Origin: an uncultured bacterium
Lineage (GTDB): Bacteria; Acidobacteriota; Holophagae; Thermotomaculales; Thermotomaculaceae
Assembly: GCA_965546895.1 (NCBI GenBank)
Contig: CBEUWV010000001.1
Location: 1 to 32,483 of the forward strand
DNA: 32,483 nt
Reading direction: 5' to 3'
In this document: positions 25,243 to 32,483 of the stretch, piece after piece
Layout of the letters: each line of letters begins with the position of its first letter
How positions within the stretch are numbered: position 1 is the stretch's first letter
Translations under genes and position numbers: made by a program
Notes under the pieces: model-generated
Databases searched by the model: none
Seen by the model: the letters and a program-made list of their open reading frames with translations, nothing else
Told to the model about the DNA's origin: nothing

Positions 25243-25786
25243 TGCTCCCGTCTTTTTCTTCCTGATTATTGTCAATGGTGGGTGGACGGGGGTTGATCAG
25301 CTGGCTTTTGTTGTTGGGGATCGTCCTGTCACCTTGTCTGAAGTGCGGGCGTGGGTCTATCTGCAGTCAGGAGAGTGCCTTTCGGAACCTTTAACAGCTG
25401 GAAACAGAGAGCAGATAGAACGAATGATTGCGTCGGAAAAACTTTACCAGACGGCAACGGAATTCGGCGAATTTGAGTTGTCTCCCCAAATGCTCAGGCA
25501 GGCGCTTCTCTTGCTGGATTCCTGTCAAGGATTCCTTTTACTGGATAGCCTTCATCTTGGCAAGTGCCATGTCTCGCTTCCCCTGCTGGAGGAAATCCTT
25601 AGGCGGGAGATTGTAGTACAGCACTACATTCGCAGTCGCTCCGGTTCTCTCAAACCCGGGGAAGACCCCTTGATCACTCTTTCCTCAGGCCTGGAACCGG
25701 ATGTTCCGGTAGTGAATCTGCTCTTTCAGGAACCCCGGGCGAAAAGTATCTCTTCCCCCGGTACTATTCAGTCAGAAAAGCATTGA
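25184..25786 (+). CDS. Hypothetical membrane-anchored protein (weak SurA-N-like flavour); start uncertain
   Basis: This is the only long ORF in 25243-25786. It has a hydrophobic segment, [16 protein letters not shown]. The only in-frame ATG/GTG/TTG upstream of that helix is ATG 25184, which overlaps frr by 59 nt and has no SD. Confidence 0.45.
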   Translation: MLKALLKFQRKSKLTLWKFSAPVFFFLIIVNGGWTGVDQLAFVVGDRPVTLSEVRAWVYLQSGECLSEPLTAGNREQIERMIASEKLYQTATEFGEFELSPQMLRQALLLLDSCQGFLLLDSLHLGKCHVSLPLLEEILRREIVVQHYIRSRSGSLKPGEDPLITLSSGLEPDVPVVNLLFQEPRAKSISSPGTIQSEKH

Positions 25787-25810
25787 AATTTACGCACCGG
25801 TCACTATAAT
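25783..25810 (+). promoter_or_regulatory. Near-consensus sigma70 promoter for tRNA-Pro
   Basis: TTGAAA (25783-25788), a 16-nt spacer, then TATAAT (25805-25810). The tRNA starts 14 nt downstream. Confidence 0.65.
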
Positions 25811-25823
25811 GAACTGTACTGGT

Positions 25824-25900
25824 CGGAGCGTGGCGCAGCCTGGTAGCGCACACCCTTGGGGTGGGTGGGGTCGGAAGTTCAAATCTTCTCGCTCCGACCA
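25824..25900 (+). tRNA. tRNA-Pro (anticodon GGG), CCA encoded
   Basis: Manual cloverleaf. The acceptor is CGGAGCG/CGCTCCG, the D arm GCGC/GCGC, the anticodon stem CACCC/GGGTG with loop TTGGGGT, and the T arm GGAAG-TTCAAAT-CTTCT. The discriminator is A, followed by CCA. Confidence 0.9.
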
Positions 25901-25986
25901 TTTTTCTCTCCTAAATTCCGAATCAAACCTATTTAAAATTTCTGAGACATTGGCGAGAAGACTCACCGCAGCGGCCGCTTCGGGGC

Positions 25987-26177
25987 AGTGAGAGTGGAAG
26001 TGCCAGTGCAAGTAAAGAAAAGGAAAAGGCAGGGATCAAGCCGCTTCCCATTCTTAACTTAAACTCAAACTTAAACTTCTTTTCCCCGTCATTCTCTTCT
26101 GCCTCGCACTTTCACTTACACTTTCACTTTCTGTCCCCTACTCCAAAAGTTACAAATCACGATTCACAAGTCACTAC
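25987..26177 (+). repeat. Largest phased intergenic element: (AGTGnn)x4-5, a purine run, (CTTAAA)x4, a pyrimidine run, (CACTTn)x4, then (TCACnnn)x3
   Basis: AGTG occurs at 25987, 25993, 25999 and 26005 (+AGTA at 26011). CTTAAA/CTCAAA occurs at 26058, 26064 and 26070 (+26053, 26076). CACT occurs at 26107, 26113, 26119 and 26125. TCAC occurs at 26157, 26164 and 26171. The AGTG array and the CACT array are inverted copies in the same 6-nt register. Confidence 0.9.
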
Positions 26178-26231
26178 AATCCAAATGCCAAATAAATGAT
26201 ACAGAGATGAAAAGAGGGGGAAATACCTTCC

Positions 26232-26261
26232 TTGACAGGTGGCAACGGCGAAGCCTATACT
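26232..26261 (+). promoter_or_regulatory. Candidate sigma70 promoter for the small membrane protein gene
   Basis: TTGACA (26232-26237), an 18-nt spacer, then TATACT (26256-26261). Confidence 0.55.
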
Positions 26262-26336
26262 CTAACTCAGGAATCCGAAAAAATCTGGCAATATGTTCCA
26301 GTCGGCAATAGCAGACTGAAAATAAGGAGGGAGGAA

Positions 26337-26534
26337 ATGGGCTATACATTTTTTGCAATCAGTGCCTACGTTTTCATGCGGGCTTTTGAGGTAATTTTTA
26401 AGGGACAGGAAAAGAAATCATGGTACAACGTGTGCGTAAAAATCATTGGAGTTGGTGTTCTGTATGCTGGCCTGGCATCAATGATATGGCTCTATTTCAA
26501 CAATATTCACCTTCTTGGATTCGATCCGAAATAA
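26337..26534 (+). CDS. Hypothetical 65-aa protein with two predicted TM helices
   Basis: MGYTFFAISAYVFMRAF...VKIIGVGVLYAGLASMIWLYF. A strong SD (AAGGAGGGAGG) lies 4-5 nt upstream of ATG 26337. The ORF-track start at 26232 is the TTG of the promoter -35. Confidence 0.55.
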   Translation: MGYTFFAISAYVFMRAFEVIFKGQEKKSWYNVCVKIIGVGVLYAGLASMIWLYFNNIHLLGFDPK

Positions 26535-26594
26535 GATTCATATTTACAGTGCTGATCAAATACAGGACCTGGCCCAATCCCTTACAAGGCGGAG

Positions 26595-26690
26595 AGTGCA
26601 AGTGAAAGTGAGTGTCCGAGAGGGAAGGGGAAGATTGCTCATCCCCTGTATTTTCTTAACTTAACCTTAACCTTGCGCTCTACTTAAACT
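26595..26690 (+). repeat. Phased intergenic element: (AGTGnn)x3-4, GGGAAGGGGAAG, a short centre, TCCCC/TTTTC, then (TTAAC[C])x3 + CTTAAACTT
   Basis: AGTG occurs at 26595, 26601, 26607 and 26611. The hairpin is GGGGA-agattgctca-TCCCC. TTAAC occurs at 26656, 26661 and 26667, and CTTAAACTT at 26683-26691. Confidence 0.8.
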
Positions 26691-26718
26691 TGCTTGTTTA
26701 CGCGTAATCTGCGATAAT
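26690..26718 (+). promoter_or_regulatory. Candidate promoter for the S9 peptidase operon
   Basis: TTGCTT (26690-26695), a 17-nt spacer, then GATAAT (26713-26718) preceded by TGc (extended -10). Confidence 0.5.
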
Positions 26719-26751
26719 GACCGGGAACAGAAAAAGATAGAGGAGATTGTC

Positions 26752-29178
26752 ATGAAACGAATCTGGTTAATTGCATGTGTTCTAATTCTCGCGGCGCCGG
26801 CGCGCCCGGCGGCTCTGGCACTGAAACCGGTGCTGACCACGAATCTGGCTCCCGGTGTTACCGTACTCACCGGCATTTCGCAGAAAGCCGGGGATACGTT
26901 GCCGGAAATCGGTTCGGACGCGGTTTTCCGGAAGGCAGATAGAATATCACTATCGGAAACGGGAACAGTGGCTGCAGTCTGTTATCTGAAGGTGCCGCGG
27001 TTTCAGACAGCTTCTTTCAAAGTAGAAAAGGGTGTAGAGGCAAAGCTGTTCCTTGATGACAAAGCGGTGAAACCAGGTAAGGCTCTTGTGTTTGAAACCG
27101 GGGGACACAAGGTGACCATGGTGCTGAAGGGAAAAGCAGCCACTGAGGGTGCTGAACCTGTAACCATTGACGGGTTGGATGCGACAGTGACTGTCACGGG
27201 AGAGCGACCTTTTTCCCACCTGGATTACACAAAACTGGTGAGCCCCGGGTATTTTACCGCCAGCTCAGACGGAAGGTTTGCAGCCGTAACGTTGTCCAGA
27301 CGGGACGATGAGGGGAAGAGAAAAGGATCTCTGGCCGTAATTCAGCTGGATGGGGCAGCGATTCAGAGACATGAAATCGAAGGCGCACGGCAACCGGTCT
27401 TTTCCAGCGACAGCAAACAACTTTATTATGTGAAAGACAAAAGAATCATGGTGCTGGATCTGGGCTCCATGGATAAACACCTGGTCCGATTGATGAGAAA
27501 ACCCATTTCCGGGTTGACAGTATCAGAAGATGGCCGCTTTCTGTATTTCATAATCCGTGACACATTCAAGCAGAAAAAGAAAGGAGACTATTCCCTGTGG
27601 ACGAGGATGGAACAGAAACGGCCGTCATGGCTGAGTAAGTCTTTTCTTTTCTCGCTTTCATCAGATGGAACGGTACTTCGCAAGCTCTACGGTCCGGTCT
27701 CTATTTCCGCTTACGACGTGAGGAAGAACCATGTTGTATTGTCCCTCAATGAGGACATTGAACAATATCCCTGGTCTTCATTCATGGTTGTAGACCTGAA
27801 TCTGGAAACACTGGTTGCGGATCAGATTGGCGGCTACAGCCGCAGTTTTGATGAAGTGAAGTATCTTGATGATAAAACCGTGTTGTTTGTGTCTCAACGA
27901 CGCCCCTACCGGGAGGGCCAGCAGACCAATTATTATGACAAGGCACTGTTTACGCTGGATATGGCCAGTGGTGAAATCCACTGTGTGTCTTTGGATGCGG
28001 CATTCAGTCCCGGCATTGACATCATCTACACCCGTCAGACTTCAGACACGTTGCAGAAAATAGGTGACGAGGTGATGTTTATTGCCACTATGGATGGGAA
28101 AGGCGCCGTGTTCCGGTACAAAGATGATGAAGTTTACAAAGTGGACATTCCGGGCGGCGTGGTGAATGGTTTTTGTATGACCACTGCTGGGACGCTGTTC
28201 ATGTCTTCTGCCATAGATCAATACCCGAACCTCTATCTTGAAAAAAAGAAAATCGTCGATTTTCAAGACAAATCCATGCAGAAAGGGGAGCTGTCTCCGT
28301 ATAAGGAATTCACGTTCAAGTCGAAAAACGGATATAAAATCCATAACACCCTTGTATATCCTGCCGGGTTTGAACCGGGGAAAACTTATCCGTTGGTTGT
28401 GTTCTATTACGGAGGAGTGGTACCCTGCGGCCCGGTCTTTCACCCGACTTTTCAGTGGCTTTCCGGAAACGGCTACTTTGTTCTGTTGACCACACCCCGG
28501 GGCGCCGTGGGACGGGGTGAGAAATTTGCCTCGGAACACGCAAACGAATGGGGAGAAAAGTCCGCGGCGGACCTGATTGAGGCGGCCGCCTACACGGCGA
28601 AGCATGAGCCTTCAGTTGACGGAACACGAATGGGAGCATACAGCGGCAGTTACGGCGGATTCCTGGCCATGTCCCTGGCGACAAAAACAACGCTGTTCAA
28701 GGCGTTGATTTCAGAATATGGCATCAGCAATATCACGTCTTACTGGGGTGCCGGTTACTGGGGATACCTCTATGGGATGACCGCACTTGCGGGTTCATAT
28801 CCCTGGAACGCCCATAACGTATTTGTTGACAAATCCCCTCTCTTCCACGCGGACAAAGTGAAAACACCGCTTCTGCTGATGCACGGGGACGCAGACACAA
28901 ATGTACCTGTGGTGGAATCGGACCAGATGTATACAGCCTTGAAAGTTCTGGGAAAGAAAACCGCCTATGTGCGCTTCTTCGGGGAAAATCATGGAATGAA
29001 AGGAAAATTTTCCAATTGGATAGCACAGGAGGAATTTGTGATGGCCTGGTTTGACAACTACCTGAAAGATGAACCGGGCCACTGGAACTATCTGCTGAAA
29101 GAGAAGGAAGTAAAGCCCGAACATCAACCATTCAAGGACTATTTTTTCTATGGAGAGAAGGCCCATGACAAAGATTAA
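26752..29178 (+). CDS. Secreted S9-family serine peptidase (prolyl oligopeptidase / dipeptidyl-peptidase type) with an N-terminal extra domain and a beta-propeller
   Basis: Signal peptide MKRIWLIACVLILAAPARPAALA. TolB/WD40-like propeller repeats (SSDGRFAAV, SEDGRFLYF, SSDGTVL). The catalytic motifs are GSYGG (GAYSGSYGGFLAM), HGDADTNVP and ENHG. Confidence 0.9.
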   Translation: MKRIWLIACVLILAAPARPAALALKPVLTTNLAPGVTVLTGISQKAGDTLPEIGSDAVFRKADRISLSETGTVAAVCYLKVPRFQTASFKVEKGVEAKLFLDDKAVKPGKALVFETGGHKVTMVLKGKAATEGAEPVTIDGLDATVTVTGERPFSHLDYTKLVSPGYFTASSDGRFAAVTLSRRDDEGKRKGSLAVIQLDGAAIQRHEIEGARQPVFSSDSKQLYYVKDKRIMVLDLGSMDKHLVRLMRKPISGLTVSEDGRFLYFIIRDTFKQKKKGDYSLWTRMEQKRPSWLSKSFLFSLSSDGTVLRKLYGPVSISAYDVRKNHVVLSLNEDIEQYPWSSFMVVDLNLETLVADQIGGYSRSFDEVKYLDDKTVLFVSQRRPYREGQQTNYYDKALFTLDMASGEIHCVSLDAAFSPGIDIIYTRQTSDTLQKIGDEVMFIATMDGKGAVFRYKDDEVYKVDIPGGVVNGFCMTTAGTLFMSSAIDQYPNLYLEKKKIVDFQDKSMQKGELSPYKEFTFKSKNGYKIHNTLVYPAGFEPGKTYPLVVFYYGGVVPCGPVFHPTFQWLSGNGYFVLLTTPRGAVGRGEKFASEHANEWGEKSAADLIEAAAYTAKHEPSVDGTRMGAYSGSYGGFLAMSLATKTTLFKALISEYGISNITSYWGAGYWGYLYGMTALAGSYPWNAHNVFVDKSPLFHADKVKTPLLLMHGDADTNVPVVESDQMYTALKVLGKKTAYVRFFGENHGMKGKFSNWIAQEEFVMAWFDNYLKDEPGHWNYLLKEKEVKPEHQPFKDYFFYGEKAHDKD

Positions 29179-30106
29179 GACAGCCGTAATCGGTACCGGC
29201 CATCTGGGCGGCTTCCATGCCCGGGTACTCAGCGTATTGGATAATTGTGAATTCGTGTGCGCGGTAGACGTGGATGAGGAAAGAGGCCGGGAAATCGCGG
29301 CAAAATACAATGTACCGTATGTACGGGACTTTCGCCGCATAGTGGATGAGGTTGATGCAGTAACCATTGCAACCCCAACGGTTTATCATTTTGACGTAGC
29401 CCGGTTTTTCATTGAAAACGGAATCCATGTGATGGTGGAAAAACCCATTACAACAAACGTAGACGAAGCGGAAAAACTGATTGAAATGGCCAGCCAGCGG
29501 AATGTGAAACTCCAGGCCGGTCACATTGAACGGTTCAACCGGGCGTTCACCACGTTGAGAGAGAATATAAAGAGCCCCTGGCTGATTCGGGCCAACCGGT
29601 ATGCACCATTTACTGGGAGAAGCACGGATATTGACGTAGTGCTGGACCTGATGATTCACGACATGGACCTGGTTTTTGCGTTGGACAGCTCTCCTGTGAG
29701 GCGGATTACAGTGAAAGGCGCAACAGTAGTTACGGACAAAACCGACATTGCCTTCGCAATGCTGGAGCTTGAATCCGGGTGTGTTGCGGAATTAAATGTC
29801 AGCCGGGTGGCAGCGGAGCGGGAACGGAGTCTCCGAGTCTTTGACGGAGACAACAATACCTACTTCAGTGCCGATCTGAATAACCGAAAGCTGAAAAAAA
29901 TGTTTTACCGGGGCAAGACGATGGTAAATCACCCGATAACCGTATCGGACCGGGATCAGCTGGAAGCGGAGATCGGTTCTTTTCTCGACAGTATCATTTC
30001 GGACCATCCAGTCGAAGTTTCCGGTGAAGATGGACTCAAAGCTCTTCTGTACACAAGAGTTGTTTCGGATATGGCCGCTTCCGGGAAATGCTTCACCGAA
30101 TTCTAA
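29165..30106 (+). CDS. Gfo/Idh/MocA family NAD(P)-dependent oxidoreductase
   Basis: The Rossmann N-terminus is KTAVIGTGHLGGFHARVL, and EKP (VMVEKPIT) is the family signature. The start is set at ATG 29165 (GGAGAGAAGG SD). It overlaps the peptidase gene by 14 nt. Confidence 0.85.
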   Translation: MTKIKTAVIGTGHLGGFHARVLSVLDNCEFVCAVDVDEERGREIAAKYNVPYVRDFRRIVDEVDAVTIATPTVYHFDVARFFIENGIHVMVEKPITTNVDEAEKLIEMASQRNVKLQAGHIERFNRAFTTLRENIKSPWLIRANRYAPFTGRSTDIDVVLDLMIHDMDLVFALDSSPVRRITVKGATVVTDKTDIAFAMLELESGCVAELNVSRVAAERERSLRVFDGDNNTYFSADLNNRKLKKMFYRGKTMVNHPITVSDRDQLEAEIGSFLDSIISDHPVEVSGEDGLKALLYTRVVSDMAASGKCFTEF

Positions 30107-31005
30107 GCGAGATCGTTGAAAAATCACTGGCGCCTTCTATTGATTGCGTTGTCAGTCGTGACGGGAGAGTCGTGTTCCGGGAACGTTTTCCTTCAGGTGG
30201 GCAGCCGCTGCTGTTTGATACTGCATCTTTGACCAAACCCCTTGTAACTTTCCCCCTTGTGCGAGAGCATTTGGGAGAGGCAGGGAACCCGATCAATGAA
30301 ATTATCACCGAAGCCGGCGTCCAGGCGACGATAAGGGAGCTGCTGAGTCACAGGGCCGGACTGAAACCCTGGCTTCCTCTCTATTTGTTTGAAGAAAGTT
30401 ATGTGGATTCAATCCGGAGCCGGGGAATCGCCGCAACAGGAAAATCAGGGAACCCGGTTTACTCGTGTCTGGGCTATATTCTCCTGTCCCGGGCACTTGA
30501 AAAAATAGCAGGAATACCCTTTGGAGACATTGTTCACGCATTTTTGAAAGAATTTCCAGGCTGTGAAATCAACCCGGGCCCGAGACCGGACGTGGCACCT
30601 ACGGAGCACGGCAATCAATATGAACTGAAACTGGCAGGGGATTTTGTACCGAATCCGGAGCCTTCCCGCTTTCGCCTGGATCAGGATATTCATGGAGAAA
30701 CCCACGACCTCAATGCCTTTCATGACGGAGGGATCTCCGGGAATTCAGGCCTGTTCGCAAATGCAACGGGAGTGATGACACTGTTACAGGCACTTCTTGA
30801 AATGGAAGACTGTGATTTGCCAATGATGAAGGGTGCAGGATATCGGTATCATCTCGGGTTCACCGGAACCGGAATTGCCTTTTCAAAAGACCGCCGGACA
30901 TCCGTGGTCTTCCTTTCCAACCGTGTTCACCCTGAAGTGGGTCCCGGAGACTTCAGCGAAGTACGCCACAGAATATTTCAGACAGCAATGGAGATGTATA
31001 CATGA
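30088..31005 (+). CDS. Beta-lactamase-family serine hydrolase (PBP/AmpH-like, short)
   Basis: The SxxK motif is FDTASLTKPLV. YSCLGY lies at the YxN position, and HLGFTGTG is at the KTG-box position. 19-nt overlap with the upstream gene. Confidence 0.8.
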   Translation: MLHRILSEIVEKSLAPSIDCVVSRDGRVVFRERFPSGGQPLLFDTASLTKPLVTFPLVREHLGEAGNPINEIITEAGVQATIRELLSHRAGLKPWLPLYLFEESYVDSIRSRGIAATGKSGNPVYSCLGYILLSRALEKIAGIPFGDIVHAFLKEFPGCEINPGPRPDVAPTEHGNQYELKLAGDFVPNPEPSRFRLDQDIHGETHDLNAFHDGGISGNSGLFANATGVMTLLQALLEMEDCDLPMMKGAGYRYHLGFTGTGIAFSKDRRTSVVFLSNRVHPEVGPGDFSEVRHRIFQTAMEMYT

Positions 31006-31865
31006 AGCGGGAAGTTTCCCTGGTTGAAGCCTTATTTATGGCGCTCATCGTTATGTTAATCCTGTTTGTCACGGCAGATCGAACCATGTTCCGGGCCATG
31101 AGACTGGAATTTCAGCCCGATCTAGAGGCCAACAAGAAGAAAAACAAATCCATCAAATTCACGTTTGTGGATCTGCCTGACGACAAAGAATCACCAAACC
31201 CCACTGCAAAGTTGTATTCTGACATCAGCCGACGGGCCGCCGGTGGTTCCGGTGCACCATCCAGGAAGGCCTTGTCCAGAGGCAATACCCCGTCGGTGGT
31301 AATGCGGAAAGGCACTAAAATCAACCAGCCGGAAATAAAACAACGGCCGACCCCGGCTTCCAATGCCAGGAAGATGGCTGAAAAGAAGGAGCAGGGAAAA
31401 ATTGGACTGGAACAGGCCGGGAAGTCAGGCAAACCCGATAAGGCCAGCAAGGCAAAGCCGCTGATTGATGTGAACCGCATGTTTTCCGCAACAAACCCGG
31501 AAATATATGACAGCAGAAATGGCGGACTGACAATACCGGGAAATTTCTCCATCGATACTCAGGGATTTGACCTTGGCCCCTACGCGAAAAAAGTGCAACA
31601 GATTGTACGGGCCAACTGGAAGGTGCCGGAAGTAGCACGGAATCTCTATCTCAAAGGGCGGGTTGTCATTGAGTTCGATATCCTGAAAGACGGCACTATT
31701 CAGAACATTGGAATCCTGAAGAAGACCGGTGTTGACCCGCTGGACATGTCGGCCGAATTTGCCATCAAATACTCCAATCCGTTTCCACCCTTGCCTGATT
31801 TCGTCAAGCAGGATAAAATCCATGTGAAGTGGTCATTCTACTACAATGAAAGACCGGAGGATTGA
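31002..31865 (+). CDS. TonB-family energy transducer-like protein
   Basis: N-terminal TM (LFMALIVMLILFV), a Lys/Pro-rich linker and a C-terminal TonB_C-like domain (YAKKVQQIVRANWKVP...GRVVIEFDILKDGTIQNIGILKKTGVDPLDMSAEFAIKYSNPFPPLP). ATGA overlap with the upstream gene. Confidence 0.8.
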   Translation: MKREVSLVEALFMALIVMLILFVTADRTMFRAMRLEFQPDLEANKKKNKSIKFTFVDLPDDKESPNPTAKLYSDISRRAAGGSGAPSRKALSRGNTPSVVMRKGTKINQPEIKQRPTPASNARKMAEKKEQGKIGLEQAGKSGKPDKASKAKPLIDVNRMFSATNPEIYDSRNGGLTIPGNFSIDTQGFDLGPYAKKVQQIVRANWKVPEVARNLYLKGRVVIEFDILKDGTIQNIGILKKTGVDPLDMSAEFAIKYSNPFPPLPDFVKQDKIHVKWSFYYNERPED

Positions 31866-31870
31866 TCGGA

Positions 31871-32483
31871 ATGAATCGACACCTGTTGACAGTGTTTCAA
31901 AAGCTGGGTCATATTTTTAAAAACTTCTACAGGAAGAATGTGTTTACCCTCGCGGCGGCGGTTTCATATTACGCCTTTCTTGCGATATTTCCCTTCTTCA
32001 TCCTCCTGATATATATTTCGACCATGCTGTTCCAGGAAAGTGTCTCACTTCTGAAACTGGAGCAATACCTGAAACTCTTCCCTCCAACTATCTCTCAGGT
32101 TGTAATCGGCAACGTGGACAGCATCATCAGCAGCGGACGGGTTTTTTCAGTGATCAGTGCCGTTGCTGTTGTCTACTTTGCCTTCCGGGTTTTCAGTGTT
32201 ATGGAACAGGCACTGAGTATCATTTTCGAAACCCATGAAACCCGAAGCACCTGGAAAGCCACACTGAAGTCCTTTGTGTTTTTTCTGGTAACCGGTTTTA
32301 TGCTTCTTGTATTGTTCTTTTCCGGTTCCACTTTCTTTGTATTCAGTAAAAAGCTGGAACAGCTGCCTTTTGTTAACGGGTATATCATCATCCTGTTGAG
32401 TCAGATTGTACTGGAGACATTCTTCTTCGCGCTCTCTTACAAGCTGATGACCCACGAGCATCTTCCATTTCGGAGGGCACTCA
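31871..32483 (+). CDS. YihY/BrkB (ribonuclease BN-like) family membrane protein, 3'-truncated by the window edge
   Basis: My own translation from ATG 31871 is open to the window end. It reads MNRHLLTVFQKLGHIFKNFYRKNVFTLAAAVSYYAFLAIFPFFILL..., the typical YihY N-terminal signature, followed by several TM helices. A GGAGGA SD lies 9 nt upstream. It is absent from the ORF track because no stop is reached. Confidence 0.8.
   Translation, partial: MNRHLLTVFQKLGHIFKNFYRKNVFTLAAAVSYYAFLAIFPFFILLIYISTMLFQESVSLLKLEQYLKLFPPTISQVVIGNVDSIISSGRVFSVISAVAVVYFAFRVFSVMEQALSIIFETHETRSTWKATLKSFVFFLVTGFMLLVLFFSGSTFFVFSKKLEQLPFVNGYIIILLSQIVLETFFFALSYKLMTHEHLPFRRAL

Noticed and set aside
25987-26177. Possibility that the periodic repeats form a CRISPR array or satellite.
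   Set aside because: The units are only 6-7 nt with no unique spacers. There are no 25-40-nt direct repeats and no cas genes, so this is not CRISPR.
25824-26336. Integrated element or att site next to tRNA-Pro, since gene-poor DNA follows a tRNA.
   Set aside because: No integrase, transposase or phage-like gene is present. I found no downstream duplicate of the tRNA 3' end (TTCAAATCTTCTCGCTCCGACCA) that would mark an attR.

Overview
This window is a densely packed, mostly plus-strand chromosomal segment from an unidentified bacterium. TonB, lipobox lipoproteins and RNase Y/RNase J suggest a diderm outside the classical Proteobacteria. There is no rRNA, so taxonomy cannot be assigned. Most of the window is core housekeeping. 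It carries the classical block tRNA-Val, thrS, infC, rpmI, rplT, pheS, pheT. This runs straight into zapB-like, zapA, a 6S-RNA-like structured region, rny, ymdB, a 91-aa orphan ORF, rsmA and rnj, then pyrH-frr. Also present are trxA, an FmdB zinc-ribbon gene, ahcY (minus strand) and tRNA-Pro. Two less ordinary, translationally coupled clusters flank the core. At 1372-7677 lie a transglutaminase-like/TPR lipoprotein, a ROK kinase, a PDZ-membrane-PP2C (SpoIIE) phosphatase, a TPR protein and a stand-alone cNMP-binding protein. At 26752 to the window end lie an S9 peptidase, a Gfo/Idh/MocA oxidoreductase, a beta-lactamase-like serine hydrolase, a TonB-like protein and a YihY protein. I see no defence island, mobile element or CRISPR array. 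Seven things seem worth a second look. (1) A recurring family of 6- and 7-nt phased, strand-asymmetric low-complexity elements sits at most of the longer intergenic gaps between a gene end and the next promoter. (2) A long irregular hairpin with a central bubble directly downstream of zapA has the architecture and synteny of 6S RNA. (3) One of two diverged paralogous transglutaminase-like/TPR lipoprotein genes carries a single in-frame TAA that separates the catalytic Cys from the His/Asp. (4) infC probably starts at AUU. (5) PheT lacks the OB-fold B2 domain. (6) pyrH may be leaderless. (7) There are small orphan ORFs. All functional calls rest on motif recognition by eye, and no database search was possible.
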